Shown in pieces: positions 45,086 to 54,034 of a stretch of DNA of 64,000 nt. Location: NCBI GenBank assembly GCA_026126215.1, contig JAHCJQ010000002.1:16261-80260 (forward strand). Reading direction: 5' to 3'. This DNA is from Alphaproteobacteria bacterium (GTDB lineage Bacteria; Pseudomonadota; Alphaproteobacteria; Ferrovibrionales; Ferrovibrionaceae). Every line of letters starts with the position of its first letter. Positions within the stretch are counted from its first letter, which is position 1. A program made the position numbers and the translations under genes. The notes beneath the pieces are model-generated. The model did not search any database, had not been told where the DNA came from, and saw only the letters and a program-made list of their open reading frames with translations.

Positions 45086-45802
45086 TCAGAGTCCGAGATA
45101 GCGGTGCTGGATCTGCTGGTCCGCCATCAGCTCGCGCGACGATCCTGACCAGACATTGCGGCCTTTCTCGATGATGTAATGGCGCTCTGCAATCCGTGTC
45201 AGCGCCTGGATGTTCTTGTCTATCACCAGGATCGCCTGTCCGTCGCGCTTGAGCCGTTCGAGGCAGGCCCAGATTTCCCGGCGGATCAGCGGCGCAAGGC
45301 CCTCCGTCGCTTCATCGAGGATGAGCAGGTGCGGGTTGGTCATCAGCGCGCGGCCGATGGCGAGCATCTGCTGTTCGCCGCCCGAAAGCTGGTTGCCGGC
45401 ACTCTCCGCCCGTTCGGCCAGCCGCGGAAACAGTTCGTAGACGCGGCTGATGGTCCAGGGCGAGGCGGCATTGGATCGGTTGGCGGCCGTGGCGACGAGA
45501 TTCTCCCGCACGGTGAGGTTGGGAAAGACCTGTCGGCCTTCCGGCACCAGTCCGAGGCCGATCTGCGCCACGCGATAGGAGGGGAGGCCGAGAATTTCCT
45601 GTCCGCGAAACCGGATCGAGCCGCGCGCGGGGCGGGTCAGGCCCATGATCGAGCGGATGGTGGTGGTCTTGCCCATGCCGTTGCGGCCCATGAGTGTCAC
45701 CATCTCACCGGCCTTGACCTCGAGCGATATGCCATGCAGGACCTGGCTGGTTCCGTAGCTGGTGTCAATCCCTTCGACGGCGAGCATCGCCTGGTCAGCC
45801 AT
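45086..45802 (-). CDS. livF: Branched-chain amino acid ABC transporter, ATP-binding protein (LivF type)
   Basis: Walker A GRNGMGKTT, signature LSGGEQQML and Walker B LLILDE. Start at ATG 45802. Confidence 0.9.
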   Translation of the reverse strand: MADQAMLAVEGIDTSYGTSQVLHGISLEVKAGEMVTLMGRNGMGKTTTIRSIMGLTRPARGSIRFRGQEILGLPSYRVAQIGLGLVPEGRQVFPNLTVRENLVATAANRSNAASPWTISRVYELFPRLAERAESAGNQLSGGEQQMLAIGRALMTNPHLLILDEATEGLAPLIRREIWACLERLKRDGQAILVIDKNIQALTRIAERHYIIEKGRNVWSGSSRELMADQQIQHRYLGL

Positions 45803-46562
45803 CCGCCGCCTCCGTGCCCTGGTCGCCGAGATAGGCCCGCCGCACTTCTTGGTTGGCGCGAATGGTATCCGGGTCGCCGGTGGCGATGGCGCGGCCATAG
45901 ACGAGAACGGTGATGCGGTCGGCCAGCGCGAAGACCGCATCCATGTCATGTTCGACCAGAAGGATCGTCAGCCGGCCCTTCAACGCGCGCAGCGTCTCCA
46001 CCATGCGCGCCGACTCCTCCGGCCCCATGCCGGCCATCGGCTCGTCGAGCAGCAGCATGGTGGGCTGCGTTGCCAGCGCCATGGCGATCTCGAGCTGGCG
46101 ACGCTCGCCATGGCTCAGATTGGCGGCCCGCGCATCCGCCCGCGCATCCAGGCCGACTTGGCGCAGCGCCGCGCGTGCGGGCTCCTGGAGCGTCCTGTCG
46201 CTGGCGACGCGCCGCCAGAAGCGGAAGGAATGCCCCGCATGGGCCTGCACCGCCAGCGCAACGTTTTCCGCCACCGTCAGGTCGAGGAAGATCGAGGTTA
46301 TCTGAAAGGACCGGGCAAGGCCCTGCAGGGAACGGCGATGGGTCGGGCGGCGGGTGATGTCTGTGCCGCGAAAGCGGATGCGTCCGCTATCCGGGCGGAT
46401 CTCCCCAGTGAGCTGGCCGATCAGCGTCGTCTTGCCTGCGCCGTTCGGTCCGATGATGGCGTGCAGCTCGCCGGGCGCGATGTCGAGCGAGACCTGGTCG
46501 GTGGCGACGATGCCGCCGAAGCGCTTGACCAGCCCTTCGATGCGAAGCAGGGGATCAGCCAC
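45795..46562 (-). CDS. livG: Branched-chain amino acid ABC transporter, ATP-binding protein (LivG type)
   Basis: Walker A GPNGAGKTT, LSHGERRQLE and LLLDEP. The GTG 46562 start with GGAGGGG upstream is preferred; it overlaps the livM stop. Confidence 0.9.
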   Translation of the reverse strand: MADPLLRIEGLVKRFGGIVATDQVSLDIAPGELHAIIGPNGAGKTTLIGQLTGEIRPDSGRIRFRGTDITRRPTHRRSLQGLARSFQITSIFLDLTVAENVALAVQAHAGHSFRFWRRVASDRTLQEPARAALRQVGLDARADARAANLSHGERRQLEIAMALATQPTMLLLDEPMAGMGPEESARMVETLRALKGRLTILLVEHDMDAVFALADRITVLVYGRAIATGDPDTIRANQEVRRAYLGDQGTEAADG

Positions 46563-47520
46563 GGCGCCGCCCCTCCAGCATGTCGAAAAGGCTGCCAATG
46601 CCCCCGCGCGCGAACAGCACGACCAGTATCAGCAACGGGCCAAAGATGATCTGCCAGTATTCCGTGATGCGCGAGAGCAGATACTCGACCAGCAGGAAGG
46701 CAAGGGCGCCGAACAACGGGCCGGTGGCGGTTCCCATGCCGCCCAGCACCACCATGACGATGAGGTCGCCGGACTGCACCCAGTGCATCATGGCCGGGCT
46801 GACGAACTCGTTGTGATTGGCCATCAGCGCGCCGGACAGGCCGCAGATCATGCCGGCGATGACGAAACCGGTTAGGCGATAGCGATAGGTCGGAAAGCCG
46901 ATCGCCTGCATGCGGCGATCGTTCGACCTGGAACCGCGCAGGACCATGCCGAACCGCGACTGAACCAGGCGGTGCACGAGATAGAGCGCTCCGACTAGGA
47001 GGACAAGGCAGACATAATAGAACACCCGCTTGTCCGACAGGTTCAGCAGGCTGCCGAAACTGCTGCGGTTGTAGATGGTGAGGCCGTCATCGCCACCATA
47101 TTCCTCGAGCCCGACGCCCATGAAGTAGACCATCTGCGCGAAGGCCAGGGTGATCATGATGAAGTAGACGCCGCGCGTGCGCAGGCAGAGCGCGCCGATC
47201 ACCAAGGCGAACAGCGCCGAGATGGCGATGGCGAGCGGCCATTGCAGCCAGCCGGCATGCACGCCGTGACTGGCCATGATGCCGACCACGTAACCGCCGA
47301 TGCCGATATACATGGCATGGCCGAAACTCACCATTCCGCCATAGCCGAGGATGAGGTTGAGGCTGGTGGCGGCAATCGCATAGATCAGCATGCGGGTGAA
47401 CAGCGTCACCAGGAACGGGGAGGCGAGCAGTTCGGCGAAGAGCGGCAGCAGCGCGAGCAGGACAAGAATGAGCGCCGCGGCGAGATTGCTCGGCGAGGAC
47501 AGGGAAGCAGGGCGCATCAT
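46555..47520 (-). CDS. livM: Branched-chain amino acid ABC transporter permease (LivM type)
   Basis: 321-aa polytopic membrane protein in the liv operon position. ATGA overlap with livH. Confidence 0.85.
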   Translation of the reverse strand: MMRPASLSSPSNLAAALILVLLALLPLFAELLASPFLVTLFTRMLIYAIAATSLNLILGYGGMVSFGHAMYIGIGGYVVGIMASHGVHAGWLQWPLAIAISALFALVIGALCLRTRGVYFIMITLAFAQMVYFMGVGLEEYGGDDGLTIYNRSSFGSLLNLSDKRVFYYVCLVLLVGALYLVHRLVQSRFGMVLRGSRSNDRRMQAIGFPTYRYRLTGFVIAGMICGLSGALMANHNEFVSPAMMHWVQSGDLIVMVVLGGMGTATGPLFGALAFLLVEYLLSRITEYWQIIFGPLLILVVLFARGGIGSLFDMLEGRRRG

Positions 47521-48437
47521 TTGCCGGGCGCGGGGAAAAGGCCCTGTGGCCGCAGCACGAGAATGGCGGCCATGAGCATGTAGATCAGCATCGAGGAGAT
47601 GGCCGGGGCCGCCGTCGCCGCCGCCGCCCGGTCGAGGAAGAGCCGCAGCAGGTCCGGCAGGAAGGCGCGGCCCACCGTGTCGATCATGCCGACGATGAGG
47701 GCCGCGACGAAGGCGCCGCGGATCGAGCCGATGCCGCCGATCACGATGACGACGAAGGAGAGGATCAGGATGTTTTCGCCCATGCCGATCTGGGCGGTGA
47801 GGATTGGCGCGGCCATCAGGCCGGCCAGCGCTGCCAGCGCCGCGCCGAGGCCGAAGACAAGGGTATAGAGCAGCTTGATGTCGATGCCGAGCGCGCCGAT
47901 CATCTCCCGGTTGGAGGCGCCGGCGCGGATCAGCATGCCGAGACGCGTGCGTTGAACCAGCACGTAGAGGAAGACCGCGACCGCGAGGCCGACGCCGATG
48001 ATCGACAGGCGGTAGGTGGGATAGCGGACGTCGGGCAGGATCTCGACGGAAGTGGAAAGGAACTGCGGCAGGGGCAGGGACATGCCGGCCGGCCCCCAGA
48101 TCAGCCGGACCGCCTCGTTGAAGAAAAGGATCAGGCCGAAGGTGGCGAGAACCTGGTCCAGATGGTCCCGCGGATAGAGCGTGCGCAGGCAGATTATCTC
48201 GGTAACGATGCCCACCAGCAGGGTGGCCGGCAGGGCGAGGAGGGCGCCAAGAATGAAACTGTCCGTCCAGCCGGCAAAGGTGGCGGCGAGGAAGGCGCCG
48301 ATCATGTACATCGAGCCGTGCGCCAGATTGACCAGGTCCATGATGCCGAAGACAAGGGTCAGTCCCGCCGCCAGCAGGAACAGCAGGAGGCCGAGCTGAA
48401 GGCCGTTCAGGGACTGTTCGAGAATCAGGATGGTCAT
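47517..48437 (-). CDS. livH: Branched-chain amino acid ABC transporter permease (LivH type)
   Basis: 306-aa polytopic membrane protein: MTILILEQSLNGLQLGLLLFLLAAGLTLVFGIMDLVNLAHGS. Confidence 0.85.
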   Translation of the reverse strand: MTILILEQSLNGLQLGLLLFLLAAGLTLVFGIMDLVNLAHGSMYMIGAFLAATFAGWTDSFILGALLALPATLLVGIVTEIICLRTLYPRDHLDQVLATFGLILFFNEAVRLIWGPAGMSLPLPQFLSTSVEILPDVRYPTYRLSIIGVGLAVAVFLYVLVQRTRLGMLIRAGASNREMIGALGIDIKLLYTLVFGLGAALAALAGLMAAPILTAQIGMGENILILSFVVIVIGGIGSIRGAFVAALIVGMIDTVGRAFLPDLLRLFLDRAAAATAAPAISSMLIYMLMAAILVLRPQGLFPAPGK

Positions 48438-48502
48438 GCGCTTGGCCGCCGCTCTGGGCTGGAACCGGCAGGGATCATGGGCGCGCCATATGGCCGATGG
48501 AC

Positions 48503-48537
48503 GAAAAGCAGGCGGCGGGGGTGTTGCCCCCGCCGCC
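48503..48537 (-). terminator. Intra-operon stem-loop with U-tract between the binding-protein gene and livH (terminator/attenuator or mRNA-stabilising hairpin)
   Basis: Plus strand reads GGCGGCGGGGG-TGTTG-CCCCCGCCGCC, a perfect 11-bp GC stem. On the minus-strand transcript it is followed by UGCUUUUCG. Confidence 0.55.
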
Positions 48538-48552
48538 GCGGCCGGCGCCGCC

Positions 48553-49728
48553 CTACCACTTCATCGGGCACTTGGGCTGGTGCAGGTCCTTGTGGTCCTT
48601 GAACACCGTGGCAATCGTCTTGAGGTTAAGTTCGCCACTGGCCTCCCGCACCGTTTCCTGCAGATAGAAATTCTGGACCGGGAAGTGGTTCTGGTTGAAC
48701 TTGAACTCGCCGCGCACAGACTTGAAGTCTGCCTTGCGCAGCGCGGCGCGGATACCGTCCTTGTCGCCAAGCGCGCCCTTGACCGAGCGCACGGCGCTGT
48801 CGATCAGCATCACCGCGTCATACTGCTGGGCGGCGTAGAAGGAGGGCATGCGGTTGTACTTCTTCCGGAAGTCGGCGACGAACTTCTTGTTCGCCTCGTT
48901 CTGCAGATCGTTGACCCAGCTCTGCGTTCCGAGCGCGCCGAGCGCGTTGTCCTTCTGCAAGGGCAGGGTGATCGCATCGATCGTATAGGCCGAATAGAAG
49001 GGAACCTGCGCCTTGAGGCCGGCCTGGGTGTACTGATTGAGAATCTGCACGCCGGCGGCGCCGGGATAGAAGACGAAGAGGGCATCGGGGCGCGCCGCGC
49101 GCACTTTCGAGAGCTCGGCGGAGAAGTCGAGCTGATCAGGCCATTTGGTATATTCCTCGCCGACCACCTCGCCCTTGAAGGTGCTCTTCACGCCCGCGGC
49201 CATGTCCTTTCCGGCGGCGTAATTGGGCGCCATGATGAAGATCTTCTTGATGCCGCGCTGATTGAGCGCTTCGCCCATCGCCATGGGTGTCTGGTCGTTC
49301 TGCCAGGAGGCCGAGAAGAAGTATGGATTGCACAGTTCGCCGGCAAGCTGCGAGGGGCCGGCATTGCCGCTGATCAGGAAGGTCTGTGAGTCGATCGCGC
49401 TCTTGACCGAGGCGAGCAGCACGTTGGACCAGATATATCCGGTGAGGAAGTTGACCTTGTCCGACTGGATCAGCTTTTCGGTCTTCTGCTTGCCGACATC
49501 GGGCTTCTGCTGGTCGTCTTCGTAGATCGCTTCGACCTCGACGCCGCCCATCTTGCGTCCGAGATGGTCGAGTGCCAGTTCGAATGCGTCGCGCATGTCG
49601 TTGCCGATGGTGGCATTCGGACCGCTGAACGTGTTGACGAAGCCGATCTTGACCTTGACCTGGCCCAAAGCCGGGCCGGCCATGAGGGCCAGAGCCGCGG
49701 TGAAACATAGCAGCGTGGTCTTGTTCAT
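48553..49728 (-). CDS. Periplasmic substrate-binding protein, Leu/Ile/Val-binding (type I PBP) family
   Basis: Signal peptide MNKTTLLCFTAALALMAGPALG, then KIGFVNTFSGPNATIG. ATG 49728 is preceded by GGGAGGA. Confidence 0.85.
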   Translation of the reverse strand: MNKTTLLCFTAALALMAGPALGQVKVKIGFVNTFSGPNATIGNDMRDAFELALDHLGRKMGGVEVEAIYEDDQQKPDVGKQKTEKLIQSDKVNFLTGYIWSNVLLASVKSAIDSQTFLISGNAGPSQLAGELCNPYFFSASWQNDQTPMAMGEALNQRGIKKIFIMAPNYAAGKDMAAGVKSTFKGEVVGEEYTKWPDQLDFSAELSKVRAARPDALFVFYPGAAGVQILNQYTQAGLKAQVPFYSAYTIDAITLPLQKDNALGALGTQSWVNDLQNEANKKFVADFRKKYNRMPSFYAAQQYDAVMLIDSAVRSVKGALGDKDGIRAALRKADFKSVRGEFKFNQNHFPVQNFYLQETVREASGELNLKTIATVFKDHKDLHQPKCPMKW

Positions 49729-49862
49729 TTCCTTGTTCCTCCCGTGATCCAAGATTACCCGGCCGCGGTCATCCTAACCCGCCCTCCCGCTTCTGAGAAT
49801 GCCGGTCCAGGGTGCCGAAGGCGCAGCGGTTCCCATTGCTTCAAACGTAAACTATTGGCCAG

Positions 49863-50327
49863 TCAAACATCAAGCGCCGTGCGCTCGCGGCGCCGAGTGA
49901 GGCCCGCCATGTTTGCATGGACGCGGCCGAGCAGCCGCTTGAGCTGCCGTTCCTCCGCCGGCGACAGGCCGGCCAGCGCCGTTCGCTCATAGTCCAGGGC
50001 AACGGGCGTAATCCGGCGGGCCAGCGCGCGCCCGGCCGGCGTGAGGCGCAACTCGATCGACCGTGCATCACCGGCCACGCCTCGCGCGCGGACGGCCAGC
50101 CCGCGATCTTCCATCAGGTCGAGGATGCGCGAGAGGGTGGATATGTCTATGGCCGTGCTTTCCGCGAGCTGGCTGACAGTCTGCCGGTCGCGGTGCTGCA
50201 ATGCGGCAAGCACGCGCCAGATGGGCAGGGTGATGCCCTGCGCGCGCAGCTCCCGTGTGAAGGCCCGGGCGATCCGGCTGCCGGCACGGTTGAGCAGGTA
50301 GGGAAGATAGTCATCGAGATCGAGCAT
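49863..50327 (-). CDS. MarR-family transcriptional regulator
   Basis: 154 aa with a winged-HTH core (ITLPIWRVLAALQHRDRQTVSQLAESTAIDISTLSRILDLMEDRGL). Confidence 0.85.
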   Translation of the reverse strand: MLDLDDYLPYLLNRAGSRIARAFTRELRAQGITLPIWRVLAALQHRDRQTVSQLAESTAIDISTLSRILDLMEDRGLAVRARGVAGDARSIELRLTPAGRALARRITPVALDYERTALAGLSPAEERQLKRLLGRVHANMAGLTRRRERTALDV

Positions 50328-50339
50328 GGCCGGGCCGGC

Positions 50340-51392
50340 TCAGCCGGCGAAGGCTGGTGCGATTTCCGCCATGAAGCGGGACATCTGGTCGCGCACCATG
50401 GAGTCGGGCTTGAGGCCATAGTTGAAATAAAGGATCACCTCGGAAATGCCCGCCGCTTCGACCTGCTTGAGGTCGTCGATAATCTTTCGCGGATTGCCGA
50501 CCAGGACGGATTTGGCGGTCAGGCTTTCCGGCTTCATGTTGCGCAGGATGTCGACGATCTCCAGGAAATAGCGGTAGGTCGGCGGCACCGTCTTCGTGTC
50601 GGAAGGGAAGGCGGCGATCAGCGCATCCTGGAAGTAACGGATCAGGGCAGCGCGGCCGAATGCCTCTTCCTCCGGCGTGTCGGCAATGTGGATGAAGTAG
50701 CTGCACATGGCCCGCCTCGGCGTGCGGCCATGCCGCGCCGCCTCCTCGTGAAAGGCGCGGACCGCGTCCGCAAGGGAGCCATAGACCATGGCGGCGGCAA
50801 ACGGGGCGAAGATGATGTTCCAGTCGCGCCGGGCCGCCAGTTCCATGCTTGGGCGCGAGAAACAGGCGACATAGGGCCGCAGCGGCTTCTGCGCCGGGCG
50901 CGGCCGTACCTCGATGTTGCTGAACTGCCAGAACCGGCCCTCGTGCGACCACTTGCCCGGCTCCGTCCAGGCACGCCAAAGGATGTCGAGCCCTTCCTCG
51001 AACATCTCGGCCGAGCGGGCGAAGTCGGCCTGGAACGGCTCGTACTCGAGCCGGTCATAGCCGCGCCCGGCGGCGAAGTCGACGCGACCGCCGGAGAGCA
51101 GGTCCAGCGTCGCCCATTCCTCCGCCACGTGCAGGGGATGATGCACGGGCAGCAGCACTACCGCCGGCGCCAGGCGGATGCGCCGGGTCGCGCCGGCGAG
51201 CTGCGCCAGCAACATGTTCGGGCAGGCATTGACGCCGAGCAGGTTGAAATGATGTTCGCCGATCCATGCGGAATTGAGGCCGATCTCCTCTGCATGCAGG
51301 GCCTGGCCATAGATCTCGCGCACGAACTGTTCGGGTGAGCGGGTGTTGTCGGGATAGCGGTTGTCGCTGAGGGTGAAATATCCGAACTGCAT
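50340..51392 (-). CDS. LLM-class (luciferase-like) flavin-dependent oxidoreductase
   Basis: MQFGYFTLSDNRY...AEEIGLNSAWIGEHHF...LDLLSGGRVDFAAGRGY. Confidence 0.85.
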   Translation of the reverse strand: MQFGYFTLSDNRYPDNTRSPEQFVREIYGQALHAEEIGLNSAWIGEHHFNLLGVNACPNMLLAQLAGATRRIRLAPAVVLLPVHHPLHVAEEWATLDLLSGGRVDFAAGRGYDRLEYEPFQADFARSAEMFEEGLDILWRAWTEPGKWSHEGRFWQFSNIEVRPRPAQKPLRPYVACFSRPSMELAARRDWNIIFAPFAAAMVYGSLADAVRAFHEEAARHGRTPRRAMCSYFIHIADTPEEEAFGRAALIRYFQDALIAAFPSDTKTVPPTYRYFLEIVDILRNMKPESLTAKSVLVGNPRKIIDDLKQVEAAGISEVILYFNYGLKPDSMVRDQMSRFMAEIAPAFAG

Positions 51393-51413
51393 GCTGGCCT
51401 CCCCGCCGATTTA

Positions 51414-51427
51414 TTTGTAATTGCAAA
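51414..51427. promoter_or_regulatory. AT-rich imperfect palindrome upstream of the LLM-MarR operon (candidate MarR operator)
   Basis: TTTGTAATTGCAAA (12 of 14 positions symmetric) lies within ATTTATTTGTAATTGCAAATATATTA, 22 nt upstream of the LLM start codon. It is a sharp AT island in a GC-rich context. Confidence 0.3.
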
Positions 51428-51525
51428 TATATTAGCGCGCCCGCCGCCCGCCGGCAAGGCGCTCCATGCGTGCTAGGATGGGGCCGGCGGACCGGCCGGT
51501 CCGCCGGCCATACCGGAGGGTTGCG

Positions 51526-51798
51526 ATGGTGGAGGTCGATCCGAGGAGGGTGGCGCTGGTGCTGGGTCCGCTGCACGACTTCATGGCTGCGGCGCGCGCC
51601 GAGCCGCTCGATGCCGTGGCGGCGGCCGCGGAGCAGGTGGAAATCGAGGAGATGGTGCGCCATCCCCATGGGGCGGAGAAGGCGCTCTACGAGGCGGCGC
51701 TGGCCTTCCTGCGCCACGTGGAAAAGGAACGTGGCGGGCAGGGCGGGCCCGCCGGCATCCTGTCGACCTTGGGACAGGCCCTGGCCGACGAGGAATGA
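51526..51798 (+). CDS. Hypothetical small acidic protein (90 aa)
   Basis: ATG 51526 with GGAGGG 6 nt upstream. Third-position GC-rich codons run throughout. I recognise no family motif. Confidence 0.45.
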   Translation: MVEVDPRRVALVLGPLHDFMAAARAEPLDAVAAAAEQVEIEEMVRHPHGAEKALYEAALAFLRHVEKERGGQGGPAGILSTLGQALADEE

Positions 51799-51801
51799 CG
51801 T

Positions 51802-52902
51802 TCAGGCGGCGTGGCGCCGCACCGCGGCCTCGTCCCATTCCAGGCCGATGCCCGGCCGTTCCGACGCGACAGCCATACCGCCGCGCACGATGCAGGGCTC
51901 TTTCAGGATCGGCGAGGCCCAGTCGACATATTCGAGATAGTGCGCGGTCGGTGTCGCCGCCAGCAAATGGGCGCTGATCTCGGGAAAGAGGTGGCTCGAC
52001 ATCGGCATGGAAGCGGCGTCCGCCAAAGCCGCCGCGCGCAGCCAGCCGCTGACGCCGCCGATCTTCGAGGCATCGGGCATCACATAGTCCATCGCGCCTG
52101 CATCCAGCGCCTTGCGCATGTCGTGCGAACCCCAGAAATTCTCGCCGGTCTGCACGGCGGTCCGCAGCTCATCGCGCACGGCGCGATGTCCGGCAAAGTC
52201 ATCGAAGCGCACCGGCTCCTCTATCCAGTAGAGGCCAAGCGATTCCAGGGCGCGGCCGCGCCGGATCGCTTCCGCCGGCAGCAGGCACTGGTTGTAGTCG
52301 CTCATCACGAGGACGTCCTTCGGCACCGCCTTGAGGACCGCACGTACCACCGCCAGATCCTCCTCGAGCGTCGGATAGCCGAGGCGTACCTTGATGGCGC
52401 GGAATCCGCCTTCGAGCAGCTCGGCTGCTTCCTTCCCGGCCTTGCGCGCGCCGATCAGCCCGAGGCCGCAGGAATTGTAGGCCGGGATTGGCTTGCAGCT
52501 CGCGCCGAGGACGCGTGCCAGCGGCAGTTCCCTGGTCCGGGCGAAGGCGTCCCAGGCGGCCTGGTCGATCGCCGCCATGGCGATGGCCACCAGTCCCTGC
52601 GCACCGATGAGCAGCGCGCGGGCGCGCAGCTTGCGCTCGATATCGTAGGGCGCCAGCGCATCGCCGGCCAGCATCTCGCCGAAGCGTTCGACGAGTTCCA
52701 CGACCGGCTTGAGCGCCCATTTTCCATAGGTGAAGACGTAGGCCGAACCGGTGGGGCCGTTTTTCGTCACCAGGTCGACAAGGACGAGCGGTGCGGTGCC
52801 GACGGTCCCGCCGCCGGTGACGAGCGGACGGCGCATCGGCACGTTGACGGCACGCGCGCGCACGCCGGAAATGGAAATGCCAGGATTGCCGGAACTCGCC
52901 AT
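51802..52902 (-). CDS. Enolase-superfamily enzyme (mandelate racemase/muconate lactonizing enzyme family)
   Basis: FRAIKVRLG, then the metal-ligand series SDYNQ / WIEEP / MPDASK, and a C-terminal HLFPEIS block. Confidence 0.85.
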   Translation of the reverse strand: MASSGNPGISISGVRARAVNVPMRRPLVTGGGTVGTAPLVLVDLVTKNGPTGSAYVFTYGKWALKPVVELVERFGEMLAGDALAPYDIERKLRARALLIGAQGLVAIAMAAIDQAAWDAFARTRELPLARVLGASCKPIPAYNSCGLGLIGARKAGKEAAELLEGGFRAIKVRLGYPTLEEDLAVVRAVLKAVPKDVLVMSDYNQCLLPAEAIRRGRALESLGLYWIEEPVRFDDFAGHRAVRDELRTAVQTGENFWGSHDMRKALDAGAMDYVMPDASKIGGVSGWLRAAALADAASMPMSSHLFPEISAHLLAATPTAHYLEYVDWASPILKEPCIVRGGMAVASERPGIGLEWDEAAVRRHAA

Positions 52903-53046
52903 GTGATTCCTCCCGATAGAGCGTCAGAGCCTACGCCTCGGGAGAGGCGCTGGACAAGCCGGGCATGGAAGGGCTGACGCAATGACGCTGGTCGGGCGGC
53001 CTGGGCTCGGCTAGAGAACGCTGGCAGCGCAGCGGGAGGTTTCTGC

Positions 53047-53961
53047 TTGGAGTGGATCTGGATTCCGATAACTCTCGCCGGGGCATTCCTGCAGGCGTTC
53101 AGGACTGCCTTGCAGAAGTTCCTGAAAGGCCGCCTCAGTACCAATGGCGCCACCTTCACTCGTTTTGTCTATGGCGCGCCTCTCGCCGTGCTCTACCTCT
53201 TTGCGCTGCGCCACCATCTCGGGGCGGAGATGCCGTCGCCCACCCCTGTGTTCCTCGCCTGGGTGGTGACCGGCGGCCTGTCGCAGATCCTTGGCACCTC
53301 GATGCTGCTGCACGTGCTGGGCTTGCGAAACTTCTCGATCGGCGTCGCCTATTCCAAGACCGAGACGATCCAGGCGGCAGTATTCGGACTTGTCTTCCTC
53401 GGCGACCCGCTCAGTACCTGGGGTCTTGGCGCAATCTTGCTGGCGACGTTTGGCGTCGTCGTCTTTTCCTTCCGGGGCGGCGCGATGTCCGGCGCCGCCG
53501 CCGCGCCAGCCGGCGGCTGGCGCGCCAATGCGGTGCTGTTCGGCATCCTGTCGGGGAGCTTCTTCAGCATTTCGGCGGTGGCCTATCGCGGCGCAGCCCT
53601 TGCCGTCCCGGTGGATAATCTTTTCTTCGCTGCGGCCTATGCCGTCGCCTGGGCGAGCTGCCTGCAGACCCTGATGCTCGGCGCGTATCTGCGCCTGCGC
53701 GAACCCGGGCAGATCACGCGCGTTTTCCGCAACTGGCGGATCGCCGCCCTGGCCGGTGTCACCAGCATGGTCGGTTCTGTCTGCTGGTTCACCGCCATGA
53801 CCATCCAGACGGTCGCCTACGTCCGCACCCTCGGCATGGTCGAACTGATTTTTACGTTCCTGTTCTCGGTCTTCTGGTTCCGCGAGCGCGCGCGGGCGCG
53901 GGAGATCGTCGGCGTGCTGCTGCTGGTGGCCGGCATCGTCATGCTGCTCAACCCGCCCTGA
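53047..53961 (+). CDS. DMT-superfamily (EamA-like) transporter
   Basis: 304 aa with about 10 predicted TM helices. TTG start at 53047; there is no upstream alternative in frame. Confidence 0.8.
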   Translation: MEWIWIPITLAGAFLQAFRTALQKFLKGRLSTNGATFTRFVYGAPLAVLYLFALRHHLGAEMPSPTPVFLAWVVTGGLSQILGTSMLLHVLGLRNFSIGVAYSKTETIQAAVFGLVFLGDPLSTWGLGAILLATFGVVVFSFRGGAMSGAAAAPAGGWRANAVLFGILSGSFFSISAVAYRGAALAVPVDNLFFAAAYAVAWASCLQTLMLGAYLRLREPGQITRVFRNWRIAALAGVTSMVGSVCWFTAMTIQTVAYVRTLGMVELIFTFLFSVFWFRERARAREIVGVLLLVAGIVMLLNPP

Positions 53962-54034
53962 CCGGGCGGGAGGACCCACTACCGCAGGTTCTCCAATCAG
54001 CCTAGGATTGTGCCCGCCACTAGCGGGGCCAGGC

